Shown: positions 14,401 through 31,958 of the stretch, in pieces | Layout of the letters: the number at the start of each line of letters is the position of its first letter | How positions within the stretch are numbered: position 1 is the stretch's first letter | Source of the DNA: Trichoplax sp. H2 | Taxonomy: Eukaryota | Assembly (NCBI GenBank): GCA_003344405.1 | Contig: NOWV01000001.1 | Span: 1,054,001 to 1,118,000, forward strand | Length of the DNA: 64,000 bases | Direction of reading: 5' to 3' | Notes under the pieces: model-generated | The model's input: the letters and a program-made list of their open reading frames with translations, nothing else | Database searches by the model: none | What the model was told of the DNA's origin: nothing | Position numbers and translations under genes: made by a program

Positions 14401-17400
14401 TTAATTGATCAGTGACTCAACTTTCCCTTAAATTGGTATTATTAATACAACGACGCTAAAGATGATCTTTTCTTATAAGTAGTCTTATTATAAATTCAGA
14501 AGTAGCTGTGATGGCCTAGATTCATAGCTAACTATACCGACATCGGTATATCATAATTATCACTTTATTAATGTAGAGATACAGATGATAATCTGTATAG
14601 GCGAGGAACTAAAATTTCGTATAGATGTAATAAAAGTTACTATCATTTATTTACCTTTTCCTCCGGTTTTGGATCAGGTGCGAGCAAAGACTTCTTGCGC
14701 GCTTTGCTACCACCTTTAGCTTGTGATATGGTTTTAACTTGAGGTGGGCTTGGATCATAGCCTGTCAAGGCTTTCTCAAATAGCTATCAAGAATGATCAA
14801 TAAGATAAAACCATTAAAATGAAAACTTTTAAAAGTTTTCTCTATGCATACAACAGTAGAAATAATTATCTAATCTTTACCTTGGCTTGGTTATATGTTG
14901 ATGGGAAATCGTCTAAAATCCAACCGGAACCTTGCGGTATTTTCCTATAAAGTAACATTCAGTTATCTTAAAAAGAGAGTCTACACATATGCTATTCTCA
15001 ATCTAGAAACTGTCTTAACAGCTCTATAAATCATAAATTTTATCTCTAATTGGCTAACATCCTATATTAGACTTACTTAATGGTGTTAGTAATGATATCC
15101 ACCATGACTTGATCATCAACAGCTTTTCCACGTTTGAGAGCTTTAGCAGCTTTAAACCCCAACTTTGCCCTAGTGCTGTAATTCTAGCATGATATAACAA
15201 GTAAAATGAACTCGGTCAGGCTTATAAACTACTATTGCATAGAATCGTACGAATTGAAAGCGCAGAGTGATTCTAAATCGCAAACGCATATAATTCTATG
15301 CTCTGATAGTGCTAATGGATTATAACATGTTGCGATGTGTAGCGTTATATTATGAAGGTGTAAAGTAATTATTACATCAAATTCTTTATTTAACTGTGTT
15401 AAGTAAATATAAATTGTGCTAGTATGTAGAGTTCTATTACTTCTATATAGTAAAACTGCTAGTTGACTATGGGACTAAGGTTGTAAAGGAGTGACAAGAT
15501 TATAAAAATCAGAATTTGCGCTTATATAGCTTTCAAGGACTTTAATGATATCATTGAGCTACCTCAATATCAGATGCTCGGAAACTCATGATTGATCCCC
15601 GGCGTTTTCCATCATTGGATGGCTTATGTTCAGTCTCTTGAACGGGGCCTAAATGACCATTGCTACCATCATAAGACTGTTTGGCAGCTTTACCTATGTA
15701 GGTGCTGCCGCCACTATGCTTTAAATTGCCACCTTTAGATTTACTGTCTTCATTCGGAATACCACTTAGCGATGTTGATGATTGCATTGTAGTTTTGCTA
15801 CCATCGCCTTCTTGTTCGGAACCTTGATCAGTGGTATTTAGGTTGGTACTAGATTCATTATCCTTTTCATTTTAAATAGGTATATGTAAGAAATATAGAT
15901 TTGTTAGAAGCTGCAAAAAAATTCGTCATAATAGAGGTAAAATATACCTATAGCATTATTATAATTGCAAATATTAAAATCTAATATTCTAACTACAAAC
16001 TAGAATTTGGCATTTTTATTCACCTTTTTCATTTCATTTTCCCCTAGGGCACCTTCGTCTTCATTAGTTTCGCTCTGTATCTTGCTTTCATCTAATTCAC
16101 CTCTTTCAAATGCATCTACAGCTTCATGAATTAAATTATCTAGCTCGATGACCTTGATACGATGGTCTATAACATCATAGCATAAAAAAATTAGTGATGC
16201 AAGATAAGATAGCTTAACTTTCTACTGTAATCTGCAGCTGTAGCCTTGATTAAAATGGCTTAGTATATTTAACTACAGCTGCAACTTTAGCTTAACTGTA
16301 ATATTTAAGCTAATGTTATACCATAGTGGTGCTAAATTGAATACTCCTAATTTCTATTGCTAACTACTACAGTTATATTTTTTATTATTATGACTTAATA
16401 CATAATAGTACTTTAATCTAACAGTGTATTATCATAGAGCTAAAATTTGCTCAATTTTTAGCATACACGCTGATATAATCTCTTAATCTTGAGATATTAA
16501 TGATTCATGCTGGATCTTAAACATAGTTGACTTCATGTCTATAGTAACAACAGCTAAAGTTTGAACAATCTACAATGTATGAGCAAATATAGCTTCATAA
16601 CTTTGTTTTTTTCAGATTAATTTAACATTAAACCGTTGATAAACTACTATGTACTAGCAAAATTAACTTCATTTTGTAATAAAAATAGCTTACTTTCAAG
16701 TAATCTATCTATAGTGACTGATTTTCCACTAAATTGCTTTCCAAGAAAACAGGCTTTAATTGGAAATTCTGGAAATTCAGGAGCATCAACCGGAGGCTGA
16801 ATAAAACACAGAGGCGAAATTAACATTATTACTTACTTTGGCAATAAATACCCATAATTTGTAAACAATTTTGATGGAAATGGAATAATTAAATTATGTT
16901 ACACTGGTACAGATTTTTCGACAATTATTTGTACCTCTGGTGGTGCCACTGTATTAAACAATGTTTTAACAATATGGCCAAGAATAGAGTTATCTTTTGG
17001 TGGAAATTGATAATCGAAATTTTCTGGCGGATTCCATTCTCCAACACCATTCTTAATATACAATAAGTGTTAAAGTGAAAGAATAAAAGTGATTTGTTAT
17101 TTATAGGTCGAAGATCATCAATAAAGTTGCTATTAGAGTAGATTTTGATTGCATATCCTCACATTATATTCCATAAAGTCTGCTTCATCAAGTAAAGCTT
17201 GTCTTTCTTCATGCAATATATTGGTTACATCGGCCTCCTCTGCTTTATCGTCTTCTTCAGCTTCAGGTTGATCATCGAAGAGTGGTATCCCCACAGTAAA
17301 TAACGTCTTCCATTCGCTTAGTAACTTTGATGGTAATTTGCTAATATACATATAGATTGAAAGTTTACCCATTTTTAAGTCCCAGCGTTAACGGATGAAG

Positions 17401-20400
17401 CAGTTTAATGCTAATCATCTTATTTAACTATCTAACAAAAACTAAATATTATAATAATGTTTACTTTTCAGTTAACTCGCGATATTGACCGATTCTGACT
17501 GAAAAATCCACGATTTGATTCATTATCTAGGAAGTAGAAAAGCGATGTTCAAGCAGAAATAAAAGAGCTGAAGGATGAATAAATAATTACTGTTCTATTT
17601 GTAAATATTTCAGGCACTTGGAAATATCAATTATATAAATTATATGCCTAAAGTAAGATAATAGGGGATAAATTGATGGACTACAGCTTCAAATCATAAC
17701 TACATGTTATCTATTATATTCAACGGAGATCGAAAACGACAATAATCTCAACATGACTTACTTCCATACACATAGAATAATGCTTTTGGTATTTCCTTTC
17801 AGCACGTTCATTTAAAATTTGCTGATGTAATGCCTTTTCTTTTTTCAATTCTTCCTGATACTGTAGTCTTGCTAATTCAGCATATTTCTAGTAGAGTAAA
17901 GCATTCATTTTGATATTTTAACCCGTTATAGATTTACTAATTGGTCATTCCTTGTGAGATAGCTTCTGAAATCAGACCCGGTAAACTTACAGCTTCACGG
18001 TTTAGTGCATCATCGAAATCTTTCAGTCTACGTTGGGTATATTCATTTTCACGTTCAATACTAATAGAGAATTTGAAACTGATTTAGGTGTACGTAAATT
18101 TATATCGGACAAAATCCACTATTTAAGTCACCATTAATCCAGTAAGTATTGTTTACAGTAATCAATGAATATATTTACCGATTATTGACGATAACTTCTT
18201 TCAAATGGCGTTCCTATAATTATTAAGTAGTAATAATTATAAATTAGACTATTAAAGGCTCTCAAATTGCTCGTTTTTGCTTTCGGCCAATTCTTTAGAT
18301 TTCAATTATTTAAACTTACGTGCATTAGCTGAACAGCAATTTTACGTTCATGCTGTGATTGCCTCATTAATCTGTTAACTAAAATATCTTCATGGTGGGC
18401 TTCCTAATGTTTGGTAATTTTAAAATATGTATAAAAATTTAATTTTAATATTACTCTTATATTGTTAAAGCTTAAGAGCGGTTTTGCTAGCTCACTTCTT
18501 GCATATGGTAAGCTTTCATTTGCTCCAGAAGTACACGCCGGCGCCTTTTTTGACGTTCCTAAGACCCAAAATGGCATATTTTAATGTGAATTAAAAGGCA
18601 AAAAAATATCCAATGCTCATAAGCTGTAAAACCGGTTGGTAGAACGTTACCTCTTTTGCGTTTAAATCATCTTTAACTCGTCTCTTGATTCCTGTTACAT
18701 ATTCTGTTGCTTCATTGGGCTGAATTTGTGGTTAAAATAATTGTGATTAGTTAATTGACTTTTTGCATTCATTTTGAGTATCCTAGCGATGAATTACCTG
18801 AACGATGTTGATTGGATCCAGTTTATTTTTGGGCTTACCATCATCGTTTAGCATCATATCAACATCGAAACTGGATAAAAATTAGATAAATGAGTAGCTG
18901 TAACATTTTAACTATACTACATATGTAGACAGATATTCGCATATAGATGTGAAGTTGTGGCTTTTATTAGCTGTCTATGCCGACTAATTAGTATGTCATA
19001 ACCTTTAATTACGTATTAGATAATTACGCTGTAGTTTTGTCATAAACTTACTCGACAAGTAATGGAGAAGAAGGCATTGCTACATTTCGAATGCTATTTT
19101 CAAACTTTTCAATCTCTTCCTTAACCACCTAGTAAGTGTATCAGATAAGTTAACGTAAACGAACTACAAATGGAATTTTAAATTACAATCTATGAATTTG
19201 AATCTACAGAACTTACTATTTCATCTTGTGTCTTTCGCATTTCAACTGGAGACATACCGTTCGCTTTCTGTGCGGCAATATATTGAACAGTTTGTTAGTA
19301 GATCTCGAAACTAATAAACTAATTCTATTCTATACCATGATGTTCTAGCACATAAGTAATAGAGTATTAACAGAGCTTAAAAGATGATAAATTAGTTTTC
19401 TATACCATCATTGATACAACAAGTATGATAGCGCAGTAATATAGGTAGAAAGTAACAAATGAGTTAGCTGTTTATATTATACTGTCCGAAAAATTACTTG
19501 ATAGCGGGTACGTAAATCTTAAAGTAGTTAGTAATACCAGATAGATATATTATTACTAAGTGTATACCAATGATTATAAATTAATCTACATGGGCTACGA
19601 TTACCTTCGTGCTGGGTGGTTTAGGAATTCGGACAGCAGCAGCTCTAATATTTAAAAGCATTGTTTAACGATTATGCTTAGTGCAGATTGAGAGATAGGT
19701 AAATAACAATTCTAAATACCTGATTCTTGATAATACTTCTGTTTGTTGTTGTCTCAAATTACGAAACTGCGAATGAATTAAATTCGATAGCTTATGTTAG
19801 CAATAATCGGTTTTAATACGGCAACACTTGCAAATTTTAATACTGTTTGTATTAAACATTGCAATGTTATATGTACCTTTGCTAGTTCTTGCTGCCTTTG
19901 CTGCTCTTTCTCCTGCCTCCATTGCTCTTCTTCTAGAAATCTAATCGATGATTTACAGTTAAGTTACGATACCCTATTATAAAGAGCCTCCTATATGCTC
20001 ATTGAAAATAACTCACTTTTTCTTAAAGGCTTGATCTTGTAGCTGCTTCTTCTTATCATTATATCTGTTTTCAATTTCTCGCAGATTGAGTGAACTTTGT
20101 CTGGTCGTTTCGCCAGTTAATCGCTGCATAAAGATCCCATTGAATATCGAATTATTTATGATATCAATTGGTATTTATGTAGGAGAAAGCCTTTTGAAAT
20201 ATAATTTACCCTCTTGAATTCGATACTACCAACGCTAGCTAGTGCAACATTGGCTCGTGCTTTCATTGTTTGCATGGCTGTTCCAGTTAACTTACGTTTC
20301 TAATTGAAGTAACAAGCGAGAATTAGAGAAAATATTCTTTAGCCTCCGTAAAGTAATATTAGTATAATTCGATATAGCATTGTATGTTGGAATTTATCTA

Positions 20401-21873
20401 GAAACCGACTATATTTGATACCTCTTTATTGTTAAGAGCAATATAGAGTTCATATAATAACCTAACAGCCACTCCATGCTTTTTATACATAATATCTTTA
20501 GCCTACAAACAGAAATAGACAAGGATTAAAGAAAATATGATTATCAAACATCTACTCTCCTATAGTTATCAAATAGTAGAAATTCAGAATACTTACGGTA
20601 GCTGTGTTAAATGGTATGTCAAGTAGCGCCAAAGTTGGTTCGATCAACATAAAATTATTTAGTTTTGATTCCGAGGTACTAAACGTGAAAAGAATCTAAG
20701 AGTTAACTTTAAAGCAGCATAACCTTCAACATCATTTGAAGAATAACGTAAGCATATGAAAATAGGTAATCTTTAGTCGATAAACTAACCTTCCTTTAGA
20801 AAAGGACCCAAAGTCACTCTGCGCAACAAAGTTAAGAGAATATTTATAAACGATATACGAGCATATATTTAAGCTATATTGTACCAATTATAATTAGAGT
20901 TAACGTAGAAATTTTCAATTAATATTCACAGTTCAATTACTGCTATACCAATAATTGCTATTACAATATTTATTAGGCTTCTTACCTGTAAACTGTATTT
21001 GTTTAAAACCTGTCCTATAAGGTAACCATTTGCAAATTCAGCTTCAAAGTTATCAGATGCTGTAATGGTTACACGAAAAGTTAGTCTCCGCAGTTTAGGA
21101 TTATTTCTAACTAACTATTTATCGAATGGTTAATTAATATTCTGCGTTACAACTGCAAAGGTCGGCTAGAAGATTGTATGGATCACTTAAGGTATATAAC
21201 TTTGTATTGCCGTCGTGAGTTTATAACTAGGACTTGCCCTGAAAATTGAAATTACTTCTAATATGCTAATAATAAATAGTTTGCATATGATATGCGGTAC
21301 ATAATAATAGCATATTTGGTTACGAGATCGCGTTATATTTCACACTATTATGAATTTATCGCCATACCCTACGACTGAAAATTAAATTATTTCTAATATG
21401 TTTATATCAAACACTGACTCCAACTATACGAGTATAATACGGTTGCTAAAATTAGTTGTAAGATTGCTTAAGGTATATACGCCCGGCTCCCGTCATAAAT
21501 TCATTGGTAAAGTTAATCTGTAGCAATACAATAATATCGAATGGTAGATGCATGTCATATGTTCTAATGACGAGGATTAGTTATAAGAATGTCTAAAGAT
21601 CTGTTATTTCGCTACCATTATAATTTTACTGCTAAGATTAGTAAACTAATCTGAAGTTAGGGTTATTCCTGATACATTTATATCTAAAAGTTGATACGTG
21701 ATTCACTTAACATAATACGCATAACTACAGCGATCAGATTGCCAAATCAGCTAGTCTATAGAACTTTGCGATGGCATCATGTTTATAATAAAATATTATC
21801 CTAACGCAGACTTACTGATTTCACGCTCCAAGTGAACATCTTCGTTCAACCATTTACATAAAATCGCCGTCAT
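5480..21873 (-). CDS. SPEF2: Sperm flagellar protein 2 (SPEF2/KPL2), axonemal central-apparatus protein; many exons
   Basis: Exon 1 reads MTAILCKWLNEDVHLEREI (ATG 21873) and exon 2 reads FEAEFANGYLIGQVLNKYSLQ (CH-like N-terminus). Coiled-coil RKIAVQLMH; adenylate-kinase-like P-loop GKQFSGKS near 16720-16745; GWILDDFP near 14900-14930; EF-hand-like region near 7310-7495; TAA at 5480-5482. Not every internal exon boundary was traced. Confidence 0.9.
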
Positions 21874-22064
21874 TCTCGTTTATGTAAGGATAACTTAAAT
21901 GTCGGCAAAGAGCATGGAAATATTACTTATATAGATAATAACTCTGTACAGGCAATTGCGTTAACCGTTAACAATTCATCAACTTTCTTCTAATCAGTTA
22001 CTGTGCATATAGGTGATACTAAATTCCGAATAGATAGACTTGGTTGTACTGTATAGTATGAGCC

Positions 22065-22078
22065 GTTGCTATAGCGAC
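22065..22078. promoter_or_regulatory. Candidate RFX X-box upstream of SPEF2
   Basis: GTTGCTATAGCGAC (reverse complement GTCGCTATAGCAAC) is a near-palindrome fitting GTHNYY-AT-RRNAAC. It lies about 190 bp upstream of the ATG of a ciliary gene. Confidence 0.55.
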
Positions 22079-23160
22079 ATGAAAGCAACATTTATCAGCC
22101 ATTGAGTCTGCGTTAAATTCAAGTTGTCCATATAGGCTCAGTACATACTGTTCATTATATCGTGTTTGCATCATCAGTATCGGTATATTCAATTGTATCG
22201 TGAAATCACTAGAGCGGTTATCTAGTATAATCGGTATATCTTATACATGTAATACGTACAGTATACTTAACTTGCATAGAAAGTGACTTCTCGTTATAAA
22301 CATAGATGCAATCGATTTCGACATCTTGAATCTCGATATTGTGTACAATAATGTGAAATCTTGCGGTTATTTGCGAGTCAAAATTAAAGATTTGCTTCTT
22401 TATGTTTGATAATCACATCTAAAAAGATTTATTCCTTCAGTCGAAATCGCAGTAGATCAAATTTAATTTCGGTTATATTGTAGTGCAAACTGATTTACGC
22501 CTAATCGCCTTTAATTTACCTTGTATGGTGCTCCTTAAATGAAGTACTTTATATCGTTAATATCCCAATAAATATTGTTATAAGAATAACTTTGTTGCTT
22601 CTAACAAGACACCGCTTTTATATTCGGAAAATACTGCATGGCCAGGAAATTAATTTTGGCATTACTATTGTATAGCTAAGCTTGGCGCGTAAGTACTGTT
22701 TAGGTGTTTATACTCTGGTTGTCACATCACGAGTTTATATGCGCTAGAGAATAGCAGTCAGTAATCAGTTGTACAAACTGCGTGGAGAACATGGTAGTCG
22801 AGTCAGCCAGTAAAAGTCAACGTTTTAAAGCACTGTCATATTACTAAAACATGGTGTCATATCGCGTTAATTTATCAAATGAGAGAGACTACAGCTCAAT
22901 AAATGATGTGTAAGTAATACATTTTCGTACCCGTTGTAATGCTGCGACAAGTCGTTAAAGATTCGACGCAGGTACTCCATCTACACCCTTGCTTATAGTC
23001 ATAAATTCTTGCAATATTACTGTTTACAATTTTTTAATTGATATGTAACTGTAAACATACGAGTATTTACATTAGCCTTGAAGAAATTAGGATGAATAGG
23101 TAAATAAATCATATTATGCATATCATAGAAGTTGATACATGTTAAAATTTTTAAGCTTTA

Positions 23161-26969
<3,809 letters not shown>

Positions 26970-27436
26970 TCTTTACCCTATCTATTTGTTTTTTTTCTTG
27001 GTAAAAAGAGGAAAAAGAGTTTTAGGTGGTACTTTCTTCAAGTCAAATGTGAATTTTTTCCTAGTCTTGGTTATATTATTGAGCAGCAAGGACGCCGGTG
27101 AGTGCGTGATCGCTTTGACTTGCGTGTTTATACTACAGTACAGTACTTACCACTGTACACTGTATAGTACAGTATCTTTGACCCTATCGAACTGTACTGT
27201 ACTGTAGGGTAAAGAGACACTTGGGTACCATCACTCTTGTAGCAGTTAAAGTAGAAGCTCCATGGGATGAAGCTGTGTCACCTATAATTACAGTAGTTTA
27301 GGCATAATTGCTTAATGTAGCCTGCATTGTAAGCATCTTGTAGGGACATTACTTTTGCAAGCCATGAATTCAATCCTTCCGACTCGCTAGCAAGATGTTA
27401 TAGGTGACATTTTTCATTTCAACTCGCTAATGTCCA

Positions 27437-28580
27437 TATGCAATGGATTGCACTCTGCTATCACACCTGCAATCTGTAAAATTACGGATTTGAAATTGCT
27501 TCACTACAAGTAAAAAGTACAGCTTGAGCACACCCAAGTACTATGTCATGATTATGAGCGATAGTTATATAGATGATGTTATAGACTCAATACAGTAGTT
27601 GACCCACGAACTGATACATATCAAGGCACAAAAGTACACATACCATCAGTAAGCTTGGCTCGATCTACTGATATTTACATGCAAAAGTTTAGTAGATGCA
27701 TATAGACTCAATACAGTAGTTGACCCACTAACTGATACATATCAAGACACAAAAGTACTGATACCACCAGTAAGCTTAGTTCGAGCTATTGATATTTACA
27801 TGCAAGAGTTCAGTAGATGTATATTCACAACAGTACTGATACCACTAGTAAGCTTAGCTCGATCTGTTGATATTTACATGCAAAAATTCAGTAGATGTAC
27901 TGTATATTCACAAAAGTACTGATACCACTAGTAAGCTTAGCTCGATCTGTTGATATTTACATGCAAGAGTTTAGTAGATGCATATAGACTAAATACAGTA
28001 GTTGACCCGCTAACTGATACATATCAAGACACAAAGTACTAATACCACCAGTAACCTTAGCTCGATCTACTGATACCACCTGTAAGCTTAGTTCGATCTA
28101 TTGATATTTACATGCAAGAGTTCAGTAGATGCATATAGACTAAATACGGTAGTTGACCCACTAACTGATACATATCAAGACACAAAAGTACTGATACCAC
28201 CAGTAAGCTTAGCTCGATCTGTTGATATTTACATGCAAGAGTTCAGTAGATGCATACCAGTAAATGGGGCATTTCTTATTATATTAATTATTAAACTTCG
28301 TATGCAATGGATTGCAGTCTGCTACCACACCTGCAAGCTGTAAAATTGTAGATTTAACTACTGCACAAGGAAAAAATACAGCTTGAGTACTCTAAATACT
28401 CTGTATCATGATTATGAGCGAGGGGTTAACTCGCATATATGTCACTCTAGATAGATAATGATATACAGTACAGTAATTGACCTACTAACTGATACATACT
28501 AGGACACAAAGTACTGATACCACTAGTAAGCTTAGCTCGAATCTATTCATACTTACGTACAAGAGCACAGTGGAAGCATA
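27437..28580. repeat. Modular tandem-repeat array (about 121-bp unit plus truncated units) nested in an older ~860-bp-period duplication
   Basis: Unit start TATAGACT(C/A)AATAC(A/G)GTAGTTGACCC occurs at 27580, 27701, 27983 and 28134. Core GTAAGCTTAGCTCGA-like motif occurs 8 times. The flank TATGCAATGGATTGCA...CATGATTATGAGCGA occurs at 27437 and 28301. Confidence 0.9.
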
Positions 28581-28741
28581 TCGGCAAGCTCTAGCTTATA
28601 TAAGTATAATAATATTAATAATTAATAGCCTCCATTTACGATTCTCGTAACTACTGTCTGTGTACAGCTAGCTGAACAAATTGATGCCTACCAAGCGTAG
28701 TAGAAAATTAAATACTAGAGCAGCATCTCAAAATTAATCAA

Positions 28742-31700
28742 ATGTGGACAAAGTGTCATCGCTTTAATGGTCTGTTGACAGTTCTCCCTCACTGGGATAA
28801 GCCTCTGCTATACCGTTATTATGGCAGGCAAACGGTATCTTCTCTATTTATTCCTATGATGAGGACTTCCGATCAATCGGCTTCAGCCAGTGTTAGCCGC
28901 AAGGTATGGAGATCGAGATAAACTATACGTATCTGGATGAATAAAACTCCTACATCGTCTTCAAATGCGACGTACTGTATATAGTCATGACAAGCAGATA
29001 CGATAATGAATTCACTGAATCATCTATCACATTATATCACGGATTAGCTTATTCCAATAAATGAATAATTAATAGTACAGATTACTACTTTACGCAATCT
29101 ACTTTTATCGATGCTCAATCTTTTACTAGACTACTCAAGCAAGACCAGTATTCCATAATATTTCACACTTGTTCGTGCAAGTGTAAACTAGCCTGATCGT
29201 TGTTCATCCTATTTCCAAAGATTGCGATAAATTAATCGATGATATTTGTAAAAAAATTGTATACGCACGTAACATGTTGTTATTTGTACGAGTAACATTC
29301 GTTCGGTTGATGCAAAGGCTCATTTGCTGTTACTTGTTCTTACTGCCCTTCTTTAGACTATTTTGGAAAATGCTGGTTTATTAAAACAATCTAGGCCTGG
29401 TTTATATTACATCCTTCCGGTAGCTCTTCGTGCAATGTATAAATTAATTAAAGTAGTTGACGAAGAAATGACACGCATTGGCGGTAGTAAACTTGGCACG
29501 CCTTGTTTAATTCCTGCAGATCTTTGGCAATCATCAGGTAATACTTACTAGTACATATGCGAGCGAATATCTACAACTAACCTGTAATGATAATGCAAAA
29601 AACCCCCCTAAAGGCTTGTATCAAGTATATTACCATCGCCTGCTTCTCATTTATTCACTATAATCGGGTCTGATTTCGTAAAGGATTGATATATCGATTC
29701 ACATGTAAACTAATTGCGATCAATATTTTAGACCTAGCCCAAACGATCAATATTTCTTTGATTGATAAACTCTACTAGCTTTCGGATTTTTTATAAATTG
29801 GTACTACAGGTAGATGGGACACCTTAGGTGCTGAAATGTTTAAACTGAAGGACCGCCATAATCGTCATTATTGTCTAGGCCCTGTAAGCTTTATTTGAAT
29901 ACTTTTAAATCATAGTGATAACTTACTAGGTACCATAATAATTAACATCTTGAAATTTTGTAGACCCATGAAGAATCTATTAGTGAATTAGTGGGTACGT
30001 ATTTAAATTCCAAAAATATGATGCCCTTAAGATTATATCAGGTAAGTTTTCATAAACATGTTATAATCATTTGTCATGATGCTTGGAAACTATTGTCACA
30101 AAGCTAATACCTAATATCAATAGATTGATAGGAAATTTCGGGATGAAATTCGCCCACGTTTGGGTTTAAGAAGGGCCAGGGAGTTCTGGATGAAAGGTGT
30201 AAATAACTGTACAATCTATACCATTAATATGTCTCAATATTCGACTTTTGGTAGATTTATGTATGATAGAAAAGTAATTTCAAACTGTTTCAATATTTTT
30301 GTAGATATGTATTCTTTCGATATCGATAAAGAAGCATCGCTAAATAGCTACGAAATTATTTGCGAAGCATATGTTAGAATCTTCAAGAGACTAGGATTAA
30401 ATGTTGTTAAAGGTTAGAGTAAAGCTTTCATGGAAAGATTTTTATATATATTTAATTATTCCTTCAATATATAGCTTCTATATAAATATAATATACGTAT
30501 ACAATAACAAAGTACCCTATCATGTAAATTTATACAGTTGTAGCAGATAGTGGAGCAATGGGTGGTGATACTTCACATGAATTTCACTTAATTGCTGATG
30601 ACGGCGAAGATGAAATACTTATATGTGATCAGTAAGCTATATCAAAGTACTTTTTTATACACAAAATCTATATTTAGTATCTTTATGATGTAATATATGC
30701 TATCTCATCGAATATATATTATCTATCACTTATCTAGATGTCATAAAGCGATGAATATGGAAACTCTGAAGTCAGGTAGAAATATTATTAGGCCATTCCA
30801 GTTGTTTAGTTGACTTTACTATTTAACGTTATTAAATTGAACTATTTTGTTGTAGGCGATGTTACGGCAGAATGTAATTTATGCGAGGGAAAACAGAACA
30901 AGAATATTCAGAAATATCGTGGTGTAGAGGTGCTACTACATATTTAGCTCTAAAATCCTTTCCCTTTCTCTTATTGTTACTGCTCATTTTTATAAATTTA
31001 CAACTGTTGGATTTCTTTATTAATGCATCATCGGTTAATCTACCAGATTGGCCATGCCTTTTATTTGGGCACAAAGTACAGCAAAGCTGCATCTGTTACT
31101 TATACTGATGAAAATAACTGTAAAGTGTAAGTTTCAATACATAGCAAGTAAGATGATAGTAATTTATAAATCTATGCTAAAATCTGCCTTATTCTCTTCT
31201 TCGTTACAATTTGTGCAGATACGTTGAAATGGGCAGTTACGGGATTGGGGTAACCAGATTATTAGATGCGGCCCTAGAGATACAATCAACATCCAACAAA
31301 ATCCGTTGGCCATCGGTCATTACACCTTATAATATATGTATTGTACCCTTAGGAAGTCCTAAGGTAGGGCTACTGCAGTCGTAAACTAATCCACTACACA
31401 ACTCAGGCTTAACATATAGGACTACTACCGATTCATTATTTTTATACATCATACTGATATTATTTATTTTTTTACTGAAGGATAATTCATCCCAGCAGCT
31501 ACTTCAGTTAGCGCAACAACTGTATGATAAACTTGCGGTGGGTAAATTACAAAATGAAGTCGTTATCGACGATAGAATCTATTTATCGAAAACTGTTGGT
31601 CCAGGAACTCGTTTGAGACAAGCGACTCTGTTGGGATATCCTTATTTAATAATACTTGGTAAACAGGTAAAAATCTTCTATCGTTCTTTAACTTTATAAC

Positions 31701-31891
31701 ATGAATACCAACTTTGTATTAATCGTCATAAATAACTCTTTATTTTTTATCCTTTTTAAAAGGCATTACAAAAACAAGGCTATATCGAATTGGAAGATCA
31801 ATTAAATGGAAGTAAACAAAATATTCATATTGATAATATCGTAGATCATATTCAACAAGTCTACGAAAAAAGAGATATTTGTACACTATAA
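28742..31891 (+). CDS. PARS2: Prolyl-tRNA synthetase, mitochondrial (bacterial-type); multi-exon
   Basis: N-terminal presequence-like exon MWTKCHRF..., then [32 protein letters not shown], motif 2 [54 protein letters not shown], motif 3 [12 protein letters not shown] and anticodon-binding domain VVIDDR...[15 protein letters not shown] at 31889-31891. Confidence 0.93.
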
Positions 31892-31958
31892 GCATTTTAA
31901 TATTGCTAACATTGGTATGAAATATATAACACCGCTGTATTTAAATACTGTTAAATAA

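Noticed and set aside
16234-16283. 11-bp inverted repeat in a SPEF2 intron
   Set aside because: Too short to distinguish from chance or a decayed element.
27580-28260. Repeat array considered as CRISPR-like, and the 80-aa ORF at 28101-28343
   Set aside because: Units are contiguous with no unique spacers, there are no cas genes and the context is eukaryotic. The ORF is just translation of the repeat.
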